A stretch of 64,000 nucleotides of DNA from Planctomycetota bacterium (GTDB lineage Bacteria; Planctomycetota; PLA2; JAEUHO01): positions 1 to 64,000 of the forward strand of contig JBFWRP010000012.1 in the NCBI GenBank assembly GCA_050248855.1. The letters run 5' to 3'. Positions 25,301 through 34,291 of this stretch are shown one piece after another. Both the position numbers and the translations under genes were made by a program. Position 1 is the stretch's first letter. Every line of letters begins with the position of its first letter. The notes below the pieces were generated by a model. That model had not been told where the DNA came from and searched no databases. It saw only the letters and a program-made list of their open reading frames with translations.

Positions 25301-25774
25301 GCCCTGGACCGTGTCTTGGCGCTGTCGGACGAGGAGATGGCCACGCCGGCCGGACGCGCCGTGGAGCAGGAGCTCGATGACCTCGGTCGCGCCTTGGCCC
25401 CGGGCTCCACGGAGGACGACCGCCGCGACATCGTCCTCGCCGCCATCGGCCGCGTGCGGCCGGAGGATGCGCGCCGCCTCGAGCAGGGGCTCCGGATGAA
25501 GTTCCATCTGCGGCCCACCACGGCCCGCAAGCTGGCCAAGCTGCGGACGTTGCTCGAGGCCTGGCGCAAGGACCACGGACGCTACCCGACGGACGAGCAG
25601 GGACTGGCCGTGCTGGATCCGGGCGGTTCCGTGCAGGGCGTGGGCGCCGCCGAAGCGAGCCCCTTGCTCGACGCGTGGGGTGCGGTCTTCCGCTACCGCA
25701 CGGAGGGCGAAGGGTACGTGCTCTCTTCGGCCGGCCCCGACGGCCTCCACGGCACCGACGACGACATCCGGTAG
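22337..25774 (+). CDS. TIR domain - TM - WD40-like propeller - C-terminal GspG(T2SSG)-like domain protein
   Basis: AFLSYRHAD...VFRD..EL...LVVICSP....SRWVDREI (TIR); TM segment; GH.G.VT.AAF WD-like repeats; GRYPTDEQGL..L...DAWG...Y....YVLSSAGPDGLHGTDDDI (pseudopilin G C-terminus). Confidence 0.88.
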   Translation: MTSPPAPGPTPKPPFVAFLSYRHADADRAWARWLVRRIEGYKVPRHLGLGRRRLGRVFRDDDELGASSDLSAAIVDALERSENLVVICSPRTPESRWVDREIEQFHALGKGDRIVAFLGEGSPRESFPAALRELQREPLAADARARAGLSARRARENALLRVLARLIGCEYDDLRQREQQRRQRFWRAVALSASALVLVLVGLTVLAVKSRNEARYERDRALALGLAQAATAASERDAQLATLLARRAVALHDAPDTRTCLRQALAAPGVRWRLPTSGTYLGVAWSPGGDRAIVHELGGRVRVLDADGAVLADFVGARVSGPPLFAPDGSFALVAGDEGSLLRISPEGAIEARATPTAGEELDHVRIDEGGAAVWVRDGDLVRRLDAQLVETARIEVGERGVRSFLPIPDGEHVIVLAKNGHVLRLPFGEEAPFLAELPSWGASTMTWEVPGRSFLVADPGLYPAHRVDLTTQPPHVEELPSATVAVPLHARRGVVREGALEVHEQDGTLRASRAAGRARRVVLDAGGRVVVALADGDVVTLDAVSGAGATWSGARATKPLEVASTRGGTRLLLATGQEGLWCVDLSHGELGAHVAPTPMLWSDGGPSFLALAGSAVQRVDTAGRVLRIYRMPGRLVRAAVESTDGTSVAVGYADGTCCVWHGDGHQIADVDLAIGAITALRAHPAGGWIVAGEVGAARLLAADGSAGRRLGGHVGALTHLAVAGSGARVLTGTEGEQVRLWQGDGTPLTLLHLGGDRVRFADFLTGSDGVALVGASRARLFDAEGNVIAFLEAGQETFEGAVPTPDGRLLVYGTRVRVLGPAGDSRLLPSPSVAGARLAPGGGRALLWTPGPFADVLDMVHGGIRPLGGHAGRVTAAAFLPGGAGLATGTSLGAAHLWSDEGALRAVLELGEAPVRELLPDPTGRHLLVRDDLGMLRHVLLDDRDVDELAARRGRRELTWAERVAYQDLLGDPGPDPTPARIAEAVEALDRVLALSDEEMATPAGRAVEQELDDLGRALAPGSTEDDRRDIVLAAIGRVRPEDARRLEQGLRMKFHLRPTTARKLAKLRTLLEAWRKDHGRYPTDEQGLAVLDPGGSVQGVGAAEASPLLDAWGAVFRYRTEGEGYVLSSAGPDGLHGTDDDIR

Positions 25775-25782
25775 CCCACGAC

Positions 25783-27504
25783 CTACGTTGCCTTCAGGCC
25801 GCCGGCGCGCGAGAGCACCTGCCAGTCGTTCGTCTCGTCGAGCATGCGCTCGACGACGGAACGTGTGTACGCCACCAGCTCGGTCCAGGTGGCGTCGTCC
25901 GACGGCGCCTCGATCGCGTCCAACCACTGCGCCATCGCCGCAGAGCGCTTGGAGAGTCGTTCGAGCTCCGCCTGCCCGTCGATCCCGTGCAGCGCCGCGG
26001 CCACGGCCGGCAGGCCCGCGGCCAGGACCAACAGCCAGCCGGTGATGTGCGGCTCGTGCCACAGGAAGTGCAGCACGCAGGGCACCAGGGCACCGAGCGC
26101 GAAGAGGAGCGCGCCGTGCTCCAGGCGATGGTGCAGGCGTGCGTACTGCGTCGCCACGTCGCGGTGGTAGCGACCCTGCTCCGCGACCGTACCTGCGAGC
26201 GCCCGCGCCACGTCCCGGTGGTAGCGGTCGGTCATCTGCACATCGGGCAGGCCCGCGCGGCGCGCCACTTCGCGCACGACGTGCTGCGTCCAGTGCACGG
26301 AGAGGTCGGATTCGGGCGTGGTGTGGGCCCGTGCGTCGGGGCGTGGAGGGGCCAAGCCCAAGGGCCAACCGAGGCGCAACGCGCGCAGCTGTTCGGCGAG
26401 CGTCCGGTAGTCGACGGCTTTCTCGTGCCAGCGGCCCCGGCGACCGAGCCGCCAGATGGCGATCATCACGAGCAAGCTCGCAAGCTCGGCCACGGCGAAC
26501 GCCGAGCCCAGCGTGCTGCCGTGCGCTCCGGACCCCTCCACCAGCTGCCCGACGAGGACGAGCACGCCTGCCAGGGCCAAGCCCACGGCGAGCGTGCCCA
26601 GCACGAAGTTGGCCAGGAACGCCGAACGGAAGAGGTTCGCGTAGTGGCGTGCCAGCCTGCCGGCTTCGTCGCATGCGGCGCCGAGGCTTGCGGGGAGACC
26701 CAGCGGCGGCCCCGGCTCGGGCGGCGAGGCCGTGCGCCGGCGCGAACCGGCCAACCACGGCCACAGCTGCCCGAAGGGGGCCGCAAGGTGCCAACGCCAC
26801 GTGCCTTGGCGGGCGGTCTCACGCGCCAGGGCGGACAGGCACGCTTGCTGGCCCTCCGCTCGCTTCGCGTCGTGGTCCGCGGCGCCCCGCGCGTAGGGGG
26901 CAAGTGCTCGATGCACGACGACCTCAAGGGACGGTCCGCCCTCGAGCGCCGGGCCGCGGTCGGATCGAGAGGGCACCACGAGGACGGGCACGGCGCGCTG
27001 ACGGGCCGCCGCCACGATGTCGGCGGTACCGCCGCGGCCACGTGCAGGCTCTCCGTCCCAAACGGCCACGAGCAGATCCGCGTGCGCCTGCAGCACGTGG
27101 CCGGCGCGCGCGTACGCCTCGGGCCGGTCGTCGAGCGAGCCGCCCAACGCGACGACGGACGTGGCCTGCGCCAGGAGGTCGTCGAAGGCCTCGACGTCGT
27201 CGCCGCGCTCGGCGAGATCTTGCCGCACGTCCTGCTGCGTGAAGGGCAGCACGACGTGCACCGTGTAGCCCAGCTCGAGGGCCAGTGCGGCGACCAGCTG
27301 GTCGGCACCCTCGGCGAGCGAGGTCACCAGCGAGAGGAACGGTTCGGCCGGCGCCACGGCGCTACAGGCCGCCGTGGCCACGGAACCCAGGACCGCGCGC
27401 ACCTGGCTCGTCAGCTGCGGACGCCGTTCGGCTTCGAGCTCGCGGTGGCCTGTGATGGCGACCTGGAAGGAACGCAGGTCGACGGCGATCTCCCCGGACG
27501 TCAC
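25783..27504 (-). CDS. SLOG-like domain + tandem SLATT (DUF4231-like) membrane protein
   Basis: VAITGHR, SLAEGADQL, VVLPF and DLLVAVWDG...GGTA (SLOG); W...R.LAEQLR and two TM hairpins ending E..DW (SLATT). Start inferred; the track ORF is over-extended. Confidence 0.82.
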   Translation of the reverse strand: MTSGEIAVDLRSFQVAITGHRELEAERRPQLTSQVRAVLGSVATAACSAVAPAEPFLSLVTSLAEGADQLVAALALELGYTVHVVLPFTQQDVRQDLAERGDDVEAFDDLLAQATSVVALGGSLDDRPEAYARAGHVLQAHADLLVAVWDGEPARGRGGTADIVAAARQRAVPVLVVPSRSDRGPALEGGPSLEVVVHRALAPYARGAADHDAKRAEGQQACLSALARETARQGTWRWHLAAPFGQLWPWLAGSRRRTASPPEPGPPLGLPASLGAACDEAGRLARHYANLFRSAFLANFVLGTLAVGLALAGVLVLVGQLVEGSGAHGSTLGSAFAVAELASLLVMIAIWRLGRRGRWHEKAVDYRTLAEQLRALRLGWPLGLAPPRPDARAHTTPESDLSVHWTQHVVREVARRAGLPDVQMTDRYHRDVARALAGTVAEQGRYHRDVATQYARLHHRLEHGALLFALGALVPCVLHFLWHEPHITGWLLVLAAGLPAVAAALHGIDGQAELERLSKRSAAMAQWLDAIEAPSDDATWTELVAYTRSVVERMLDETNDWQVLSRAGGLKAT

Positions 27505-27618
27505 GCACACCTCCGACCCTGGACCGCCCGGATTCTGGCGATCCGCGCCGGCTACGGCAAGCCCGCACGTGAGACGGCTCCGTGGCAGACTCCTGGGCGA
27601 GGTGTTCACGGAGCTGCA

Positions 27619-28749
27619 GTGACCGCGTCCGACACAGCCCCGCATCCCGAGCGCCTCCTCGCACGGTGGGACGCACCGCGCCCCAAGCGCGTCCTCGCCT
27701 TGGACGGCGGCGGCGTTCGGGGCGCGATCGCCCTGGGTTTCCTCGAGCGCGTGGAGTCCCTGTTCCGGGAGACGTCCGGCAACAACGACCTGCGCTTGGC
27801 CGATGTCTTCGACCTCATCGGGGGCACGAGCACCGGGTCGATCCTCGCGGCCGGTCTGGCCGTGGGCATGGAGGTGCAGGCGCTTCGCCGCTACTACGCC
27901 GAGGCCGGTCCGTTCGTGTTCGCCAAGCGCAGGCTCCGCTTCTGGCAGTCGCTCTACGACGAGCGCCCGCTCGTCAGCACGCTTCGCGAGGGCTTCGGGG
28001 ACATCCGTCTCGGCGACGAGGCCATCCGCACGGGGCTCTGCATCGTGACGAAGCGCGCGGACACGAACAGCCTGTGGCCGCTGCTCAACCACCCGCGTGG
28101 TCGCTACTACGAGCGCAACCGCGAGATCCGCCTGCGCGATGCCGTTCGCGCCAGCGCGGCCGCGCCCGTCATGTTCCGCCCGGCCCGTGTCGAGGTTGCA
28201 CCGGGCCAGTCGGGCCTGTTCGTGGACGGCGGCGTGAGCATGGCCAACAACCCGGCCCTGTTGTTGTTCCTGGTCGCGACGCTCGAGGGGTATCCGTTCC
28301 GCTGGCCGACGGGCGAGAACGAGCTGCTGCTCGTGTCCGTGGGCACGGGCACGTGGGAGCGGACCTCCGATCCCGTAGCCCTGGCCGGGGGGAACGCCTT
28401 CCGGTGGCTCGCGCAGCTGCCCGACATGCTCATCGCCGATGGCAGCGCCCTGGTCGAGACGTTGCTGCAGGCCATCTCGCGGTCGCCGACCGCGCGGACG
28501 ATCGACCGCGAGCTCGGCGACCTCCGCGGCGACCTCCTGTTGGGAGCGCCCGCGCTCCGCTACCTCCGCTACAACGTCCAGCTCGACGCGGAGGGGCTCG
28601 GGGCCTTGGGCCTCACCGACCTCGTCCCGCGGCTCTCCGACCTCCGGAGCCTCGCCGGGGGCAAGGTCCTCGACGCCCACGAGCGCATCGGCCGCGCCGC
28701 CGCCGATCTCGTGCGCGCGGAGCATTTCGAGGGCTTCCTCCCCCCGTAG
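27619..28749 (+). CDS. Patatin-like phospholipase
   Basis: VLALDGGGVRG, GTSTG nucleophile and VDGG motifs, all intact. Confidence 0.93.
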   Translation: MTASDTAPHPERLLARWDAPRPKRVLALDGGGVRGAIALGFLERVESLFRETSGNNDLRLADVFDLIGGTSTGSILAAGLAVGMEVQALRRYYAEAGPFVFAKRRLRFWQSLYDERPLVSTLREGFGDIRLGDEAIRTGLCIVTKRADTNSLWPLLNHPRGRYYERNREIRLRDAVRASAAAPVMFRPARVEVAPGQSGLFVDGGVSMANNPALLLFLVATLEGYPFRWPTGENELLLVSVGTGTWERTSDPVALAGGNAFRWLAQLPDMLIADGSALVETLLQAISRSPTARTIDRELGDLRGDLLLGAPALRYLRYNVQLDAEGLGALGLTDLVPRLSDLRSLAGGKVLDAHERIGRAAADLVRAEHFEGFLPP

Positions 28750-28851
28750 CGCGGCCGCGCCTTCAGTCCGGACCGCTCCTTGGCCGATAGCGCCCGCAGG
28801 CACTCCGGCGTTGCGGCGTGCCGTCGAGGCCACGTGGGGGAGTCCTTGCCG

Positions 28852-29733
28852 ATGAAGCTGCTGCTTCCCTTGGGTCTCCTCGTACTCGCCGCGGCGCCCG
28901 CGTATGCCGACGACGCCGAGGGCTCCGATTGGACCGTGAAGATCCCGCCGGGCTACAAGAAGCAGATCGACAGCTGCTCCAGCAGTGGGGGGGGCTGAGG
29001 CACCACGCAGATGACGGCGCGGTTCGCGTCGTCCGGGCCCGTCACCGACGTCGAGTTCGCCGTCTACGCCGGGCCCGGCATGCCGCCGACGATGCTGGCC
29101 ATCGTCGACGGTGTTGCGTCCAAGGCGTCGGACCGGCTCACGGCCGCGAACCTCGAACAGATCCGGTCCCAGCTGGCCGCGCAGGGCGAAGTGACCTCGT
29201 TCCGCCAGCCGAAGATCCCCGGGGCATCGGTCGCCCTGGAGGCCATCGTGGCCGGCGAGAGCCCCGACGGGGACGAGGCCGCCATCCACCTCCTCGTCGC
29301 GCAGCACGGCGAGCGCACCTTCACGATGACCTTCCTGCAGTTCGGCTCCTCGACGACCGCGCCCGACTGGGCCATGCTCGTCGCCGGCGTCCGGCTGTCG
29401 GAGGGCTCGGGCCCGTGGCTCTGGATCGGGGGCGGCGCCCTGCTCCTGGGCATCGTCATCTTCGTGGCCATGCGTCGCAGCCGTGCGCCGGCCATGCCGG
29501 TCACGACGCGCCCGTCCAGCCCGTTCGGGGCCCCGGCAGGCGTGGGGGCCGCGGCCGCGCGCCCCTCCTGGGCGGCCTCGCTGCCGGCCGCGCCTGCTCC
29601 CGGCGCTGCCCCGGCCCCCGGCTCCGTGTTCGGTGGACCTCCCGCACCCGCCCTGTCACGCCCGGCTTCGCCCCACGCTGGCGCGTCCCCGCCCGCGGCT
29701 CCGCCGGGCCTGCGCTCCACGCTGCGCGCCTAG
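28852..29733 (+). CDS. Secreted/membrane-anchored protein with in-frame TGA (candidate selenoprotein, U49)
   Basis: Track ORFs 28780-28998 and 29011-29733 are in one frame separated by TGA 28996-28998; signal peptide upstream, TM + Pro/Ala tail downstream; SECIS-like hairpin follows. Confidence 0.7.
29013..29033 (+). promoter_or_regulatory. Candidate SECIS hairpin
   Basis: GACGGCGC-GGTTC-GCGTCGTC: 8-bp stem with one G-U; loop starts 23 nt after the TGA. Confidence 0.65.
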
Positions 29734-29751
29734 CGCCGGGGCACCGGGGGC

Positions 29752-30156
29752 TCAAGCCTCCTTGTTCTTCTCGTTCCACGCCATGGGCTGCCAGAGCTCG
29801 ACCTTGTTGCCGTCGGGATCCTGGATCCAGGCGAACTTGCCGTTCTCGTGCGACTCGGGGCCCTTCAGCACCTCGACACCCGCCGCGCGCAGCTGATCGA
29901 GCATGCCGGCCATGTCATCGACGCGGTAGTTGATCATGAAGGACGCGGTGCTCGGGCTGAACCACGAGCTGTCCTGCTTGTCCACGTGCCACACGGTCGA
30001 GCCCTTGTCGTCCGACGGGTCGTCGGGCCACTTGAGGATGGCCCCGCCCCACGGCTCGAGCGCGAGGCCGAGGTGCTTCTGGTACCAGGCCGCCAGCTCC
30101 TTCGGGTCGCCCTTGGCCTTGAAGAAGACACCCCCGATTCCCGTGACCTTGGCCAT
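29752..30156 (-). CDS. VOC/glyoxalase family protein
   Basis: MAKVTGIGGVFFK, FMINYRVDD and GKFAWIQDPDGNKVELWQP. Confidence 0.93.
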   Translation of the reverse strand: MAKVTGIGGVFFKAKGDPKELAAWYQKHLGLALEPWGGAILKWPDDPSDDKGSTVWHVDKQDSSWFSPSTASFMINYRVDDMAGMLDQLRAAGVEVLKGPESHENGKFAWIQDPDGNKVELWQPMAWNEKNKEA

Positions 30157-30264
30157 CGCCGTACTCCTCGACCGTCCACCGGTCATCATCATGCACGCTT
30201 GACGGGCTTCGGCAACACGACGCCGCGCGCGTTCTCCAGGACGCAGCGCGTCCTCACCGCCTGC

Positions 30265-31863
30265 TCATCGAGGGGGCTGCCGAGGCGGCCACACGAAGCC
30301 CTGGGGTTCCGAGCGCCAGGGCACGCGGTCGCCTCCCGATGTGCCTTCGAGCGTCACGCGCCATGCACCCGGTACGAGGTCCTCGGTAGGCACGGCGGAT
30401 CGGGGCTGCCGCCCCCAGGCCGTCCACCCGTGGGCCCATGCGAACTCCTGCTCGCACTCGGGTAGGGACCTCCGCAGCCTCCGTAGCACCACGCCGTCCA
30501 CGTCCACGCGCTCGAGCACCAGGGTCGGCCGCTCGAAGATGGGCTGCCCCGGCGTGTGGAGCTGCACGCTCATGCGCAGTCCCTGGTCGGGGGGGTAGAG
30601 GTACATGGTGATGAGAAGGCGCCGGGGGTTCCCCGTCAGCTGCTTCCACGCCGTCTCGCCCAGGTAGGTGTGGAGGTCTACGGCGGCGCCATTCCGCTCG
30701 ACGTAGTCGGAGGCGCTCCGCGGGACGCGGTGGTAGATGGCCCACGCACGCACGGTGTCGGGTTGCGGCCGCCCGCTCCCCTCGCTCCCGAGAACCCGGG
30801 GCCGCACGTTGCGCGCAGCGTCAGCCACCTCGGGCGGTACCAGCGGGTCGGCGAGCACCTCGTCGAGCGCCGCCACGAGAAACGTCACCTCGGCGTCCGG
30901 CACCGCCGCCACACCACTGTCCGTGAGCGTCGCCGACGATCCGAGGATGCCAAGCGCGAACACGCGCTCGGCCGGTGGTCGGCTGGCGTCGCGAGCAACG
31001 CCCACGAGCAGGCTGCGTCCTTCCGCCGACCGGAACACGGGAGGATCGGGGTCGACCCAGTCCCAGAGCCTCGCCACGCCGTGATTGAGCCGACGGATGG
31101 CGGCCCATGCGTCGTCGACCGGCCCCGATTGGATGATCAGGCCCGCCGCATCGAGCGGTGCCCGCCCGAAGCCTCCCGGTCGATCGGCCTGTGTGTGGTC
31201 GAGGCGAAGGCGCGTGCTCGCCACGAGGTCCGCGTGCCGCTCCAGCCAGTCGAGAAGCAGCATGTTCCGCGCCGGCTGCAGGTCGATGCGGAAGAGGGCG
31301 CGAAGCCCGGCGATCCGCTGCACGTCGTCCCGGACCCACTGCAACAGGTCTGGCCAAGCGGGGCCGTCGGCTACGCGCAGCATGTAGGGAGCCGAGCTCA
31401 TCTCTTGAATCGGTCGAAGTACGCGGCCGTCCTGCGTTCGCATCCGGACACCTGACATCAGCGGGGCGTACGTCGGCTCCCCTGACGCAGGCCAGGAGCG
31501 CCTCAGGAACAGCAGCCCGTCGGTCAGATCGAATGCCGGTCGGCGCGCCTCGGGGGGACCAAGCTTGGGCACCACGTACGTCCAGAGGCCCTGGATGAAG
31601 AGGCGCTCGCCCACCGCGACGCCGTTGCCCTTGAGGATCTCGATCACCTCGACGTGCGCGCCGAGCGTGTGCCACTCCGTCTGCTTGACCCCGCGCACGC
31701 TCGGCAAGGGATCGACGACCCGGGCCACGACGACGAGGGTGGCGTCGTCGGTGAGCACATCCAGGGGCAACGTGGGCCACCTCTCTGCGTGGGCCGTACG
31801 CGCGCCCAGCGCAACCAGCAAGGTCACACCGAGCAGACCCACCAAGAGGCAGCGGCTCATCAT
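30265..31863 (-). CDS. Hypothetical secreted protein
   Basis: Signal peptide ending AHA; long ORF with plausible composition. Confidence 0.7.
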   Translation of the reverse strand: MMSRCLLVGLLGVTLLVALGARTAHAERWPTLPLDVLTDDATLVVVARVVDPLPSVRGVKQTEWHTLGAHVEVIEILKGNGVAVGERLFIQGLWTYVVPKLGPPEARRPAFDLTDGLLFLRRSWPASGEPTYAPLMSGVRMRTQDGRVLRPIQEMSSAPYMLRVADGPAWPDLLQWVRDDVQRIAGLRALFRIDLQPARNMLLLDWLERHADLVASTRLRLDHTQADRPGGFGRAPLDAAGLIIQSGPVDDAWAAIRRLNHGVARLWDWVDPDPPVFRSAEGRSLLVGVARDASRPPAERVFALGILGSSATLTDSGVAAVPDAEVTFLVAALDEVLADPLVPPEVADAARNVRPRVLGSEGSGRPQPDTVRAWAIYHRVPRSASDYVERNGAAVDLHTYLGETAWKQLTGNPRRLLITMYLYPPDQGLRMSVQLHTPGQPIFERPTLVLERVDVDGVVLRRLRRSLPECEQEFAWAHGWTAWGRQPRSAVPTEDLVPGAWRVTLEGTSGGDRVPWRSEPQGFVWPPRQPPR

Positions 31864-31971
31864 GGGCAACGTGGACTCCGTCGGCGTTCCCACGGCGAGC
31901 GGCGCGTCGTCGTGCTCGGGGGAATCGGCTCGCGAGGTCGGCCCATCACCAGATGGCGCGAGACGCCCAGT

Positions 31972-33162
31972 CTAGCGAGACGGACCGGAAGTCGCCTCCA
32001 CCTCCACCTCGACCAAGCGCATCTCGCCCAGCAGGAACCCGGTAGGGCGGTAGTACGTGACGTACTCCAGCCGGCCGCCGTCTTGCTGCAGCTCGGCGTG
32101 GCCGAGGCCGCAGTAGTTCCAGGAGTCCGGCGCCGTGGGGGCGAGCCCTTCGTGGAAGCGCAACGGGGCCGACCACGGTCCCTCGGGTCGCGGGGCCGTG
32201 CGCAGCAGCAGGCCGTTCTCGAGCGGCGCGCCGTAGATGGCCAGGTAGCGGCCGAGCGTGGCATTGAAGTGCACCGACACCTGGGGCGCCGCCTGCATGA
32301 CCTCGCGCGCCTGCGACGGGTCGCGCACCCAACCCTCGGGGCCGCTCCAGAACTCCCACTTGTCCTTGGCGAACGCGTCCGCGAAGCGCACGCGCGCCAG
32401 GAGACACGGCCACGTCAGCCCGACCGTCTGCACGCAGTAGACGTAGATCCAGCCGTCGTCGACGAAGGCGCCCTGCCCGAGCACCAGCTCGTCTTTCAAG
32501 AACAGGAGGGTCGGCTCCTTAGCGTCGGGATGAAGGATCGGACGCTCCAACGGCGCCTCGGGGCGAGGCCAGCGCGCCAACGAGGACCCCACCAGCTCGA
32601 AGTCCCAGGCGCCGCTGCCGCACAGCAGCTTGCCGTAGAACACGAGCGCCTCGCCCGTGGTCGGATCCACCACGATCGGCCCCGGCCAGAGGGCGAAGCG
32701 CTGGCGCGCCTCGCCGAGCGCTTCGAGGTTGTGCTCGGCATTGAACGCCGCTTCGTCGTCGGTGAACGGAAGGAGCTCGGCGGGTGCGCCGGATGCATCC
32801 AGCGGCTCGGTCAGGGGCTTCAGGCCGTCGCTCGGATCGTCGTCCGTCGTCTCGCACCACGTGCTGGATCGCCAGCGCTCGCCGTCCTCGGCCGCCGTGG
32901 CCAGCACCGTGTCGCCAAACGCCCACACCGACGCGTCGCCGAACCGCGCGCTGTAGCCGCCGTCGCGCGCACGGATCGAGGGCACGAACGCAAGCGGCCC
33001 GATCTCGCGCACCGCGACGACCTTGGCCTCCGCGGGCGGCGGGTGCAAGGGCGAAGGTTCGCGACCGCAACCGGTTCCCAAGCCCGAACCCGCGACGAGC
33101 AAGAGGAGACCGATCGTGCTGGCGCGTCGATAGAACGCCACGCGAACAGCGGCCGTCCTCAT
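31972..33162 (-). CDS. Secreted lipoprotein, DUF4185-like beta-propeller
   Basis: GTGC lipobox-like; SVWAFGDT, WIYVY, WEFW and RTAPRPEGPWS motifs. Confidence 0.75.
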   Translation of the reverse strand: MRTAAVRVAFYRRASTIGLLLLVAGSGLGTGCGREPSPLHPPPAEAKVVAVREIGPLAFVPSIRARDGGYSARFGDASVWAFGDTVLATAAEDGERWRSSTWCETTDDDPSDGLKPLTEPLDASGAPAELLPFTDDEAAFNAEHNLEALGEARQRFALWPGPIVVDPTTGEALVFYGKLLCGSGAWDFELVGSSLARWPRPEAPLERPILHPDAKEPTLLFLKDELVLGQGAFVDDGWIYVYCVQTVGLTWPCLLARVRFADAFAKDKWEFWSGPEGWVRDPSQAREVMQAAPQVSVHFNATLGRYLAIYGAPLENGLLLRTAPRPEGPWSAPLRFHEGLAPTAPDSWNYCGLGHAELQQDGGRLEYVTYYRPTGFLLGEMRLVEVEVEATSGPSR

Positions 33163-33168
33163 CTTGGG

Positions 33169-34221
33169 TTACTTCGGTGCAGGCTTCGCACGGTCCGCTT
33201 CCGGCGGTGCGGGAGGACGCGGCAGGTCCCAGCGCCAGAGTCGGCCCGCGCGAATCGCGAGCACGTGCCGACCCCTCGCGGTGAACGCCACGCGCGAGGC
33301 ACCCTCACCGGGTGGCGACTCGACGACGGGAGCCTTGCCGGCGAGTCGTTGCAGGACGACGTTCCCGTCAGCGAGAGCGAACGCCATCGTGCCGTCCGGC
33401 CCGACATCGGCCGCGAACGCCATCGTTGCAAGAGCCGACAGGGTGTGCGTCGGCGCAGGCGGCGCCCGGACCTCCTTCGGAACGTGCGCCGTGGGCCAGA
33501 CGTTGATCGTGTCGGCGAAGAGCTTGGAGGCGAGGAACGCCGAGCCATCGCGCGTGAAGGCCACGTACCAGCCGTAGCTGCCGGGACCCGAGAACTCGTA
33601 GCGAATGCGACCGGTGGCCAGCTCGACGAGCAGGCAGTCCAGGTTTCAGCCGTCTGCGATGCCGAGCACGGCCAAGCCCGCCCCGGCATGGAGGCTCGCC
33701 TTGACGACGGCGCGCTTCTCGGCGACCCGCTGGCGGGCCAGCTCCTCGCCCGTCGCTGCGTTCCACTCCACGATGGCGCCCGCCTTGTCGATCGTCACGA
33801 GTCGGGGCGGCGCGTCGGCGAAGGCAAAGGCCACGGGCCGCTCCATGCGCCAGAGCGCCGTGCCGTCATCACCGCCGAGCACGAGGAGTTCGCCCGCCAC
33901 GGCGGCGGCCACGACGTCGCCTCGCGGCGAGGCCGAAAGCTCGTCCGCGGCGCCACCGCCCGTGCGCCCGCGCCAGGCGACGGCGCCCGTCACGTCCACG
34001 CGCAGCACCTGCCCGTCCTCGAGCCCGACGAGCACCTCGTCGGCCGCGGACCCGCAGGCCAGGGTCCTGGCGGCAGCCGGGAGCTCGATCGCCCGCGCCG
34101 GGATCGCCGGCGGGGCGAGCTCGCACGTGGCCCGGATCGGCGCCGTGGGTGCATCCTCGGCGCGAAGGTCCGTCGTCCCCAGCACGCAGGCGACGCACAA
34201 CCAAGCGAGGCAACGCATCAT
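33169..34221 (-). CDS. Secreted WD40-like propeller protein with in-frame TGA (candidate selenoprotein U192, or nonsense allele)
   Basis: Track ORFs 33646-34287 and 33169-33564 are in one frame; reads ...LGIADG*NLDCLLVELATGRIRYEF...; GGAGG RBS before ATG 34221. Confidence 0.68.
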
Positions 34222-34291
34222 GACCTCCCGCGCCGAGTCTACGGGGCGGTCCCGGGGCCGGTGGGTGGGACGCTTCTGGAGGGTCACCGTC

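Noticed and set aside
20153..26800. 2215-aa minus-strand ORF
   Set aside because: Arg/Ala/Gly-rich, has no motifs, and overlaps well-supported genes; a high-GC shadow frame.
28987..28994. G8 homopolymer frameshift or phase variation explaining the TGA at 28996
   Set aside because: The upstream and downstream coding halves are already in the same frame; an indel would have offset them.
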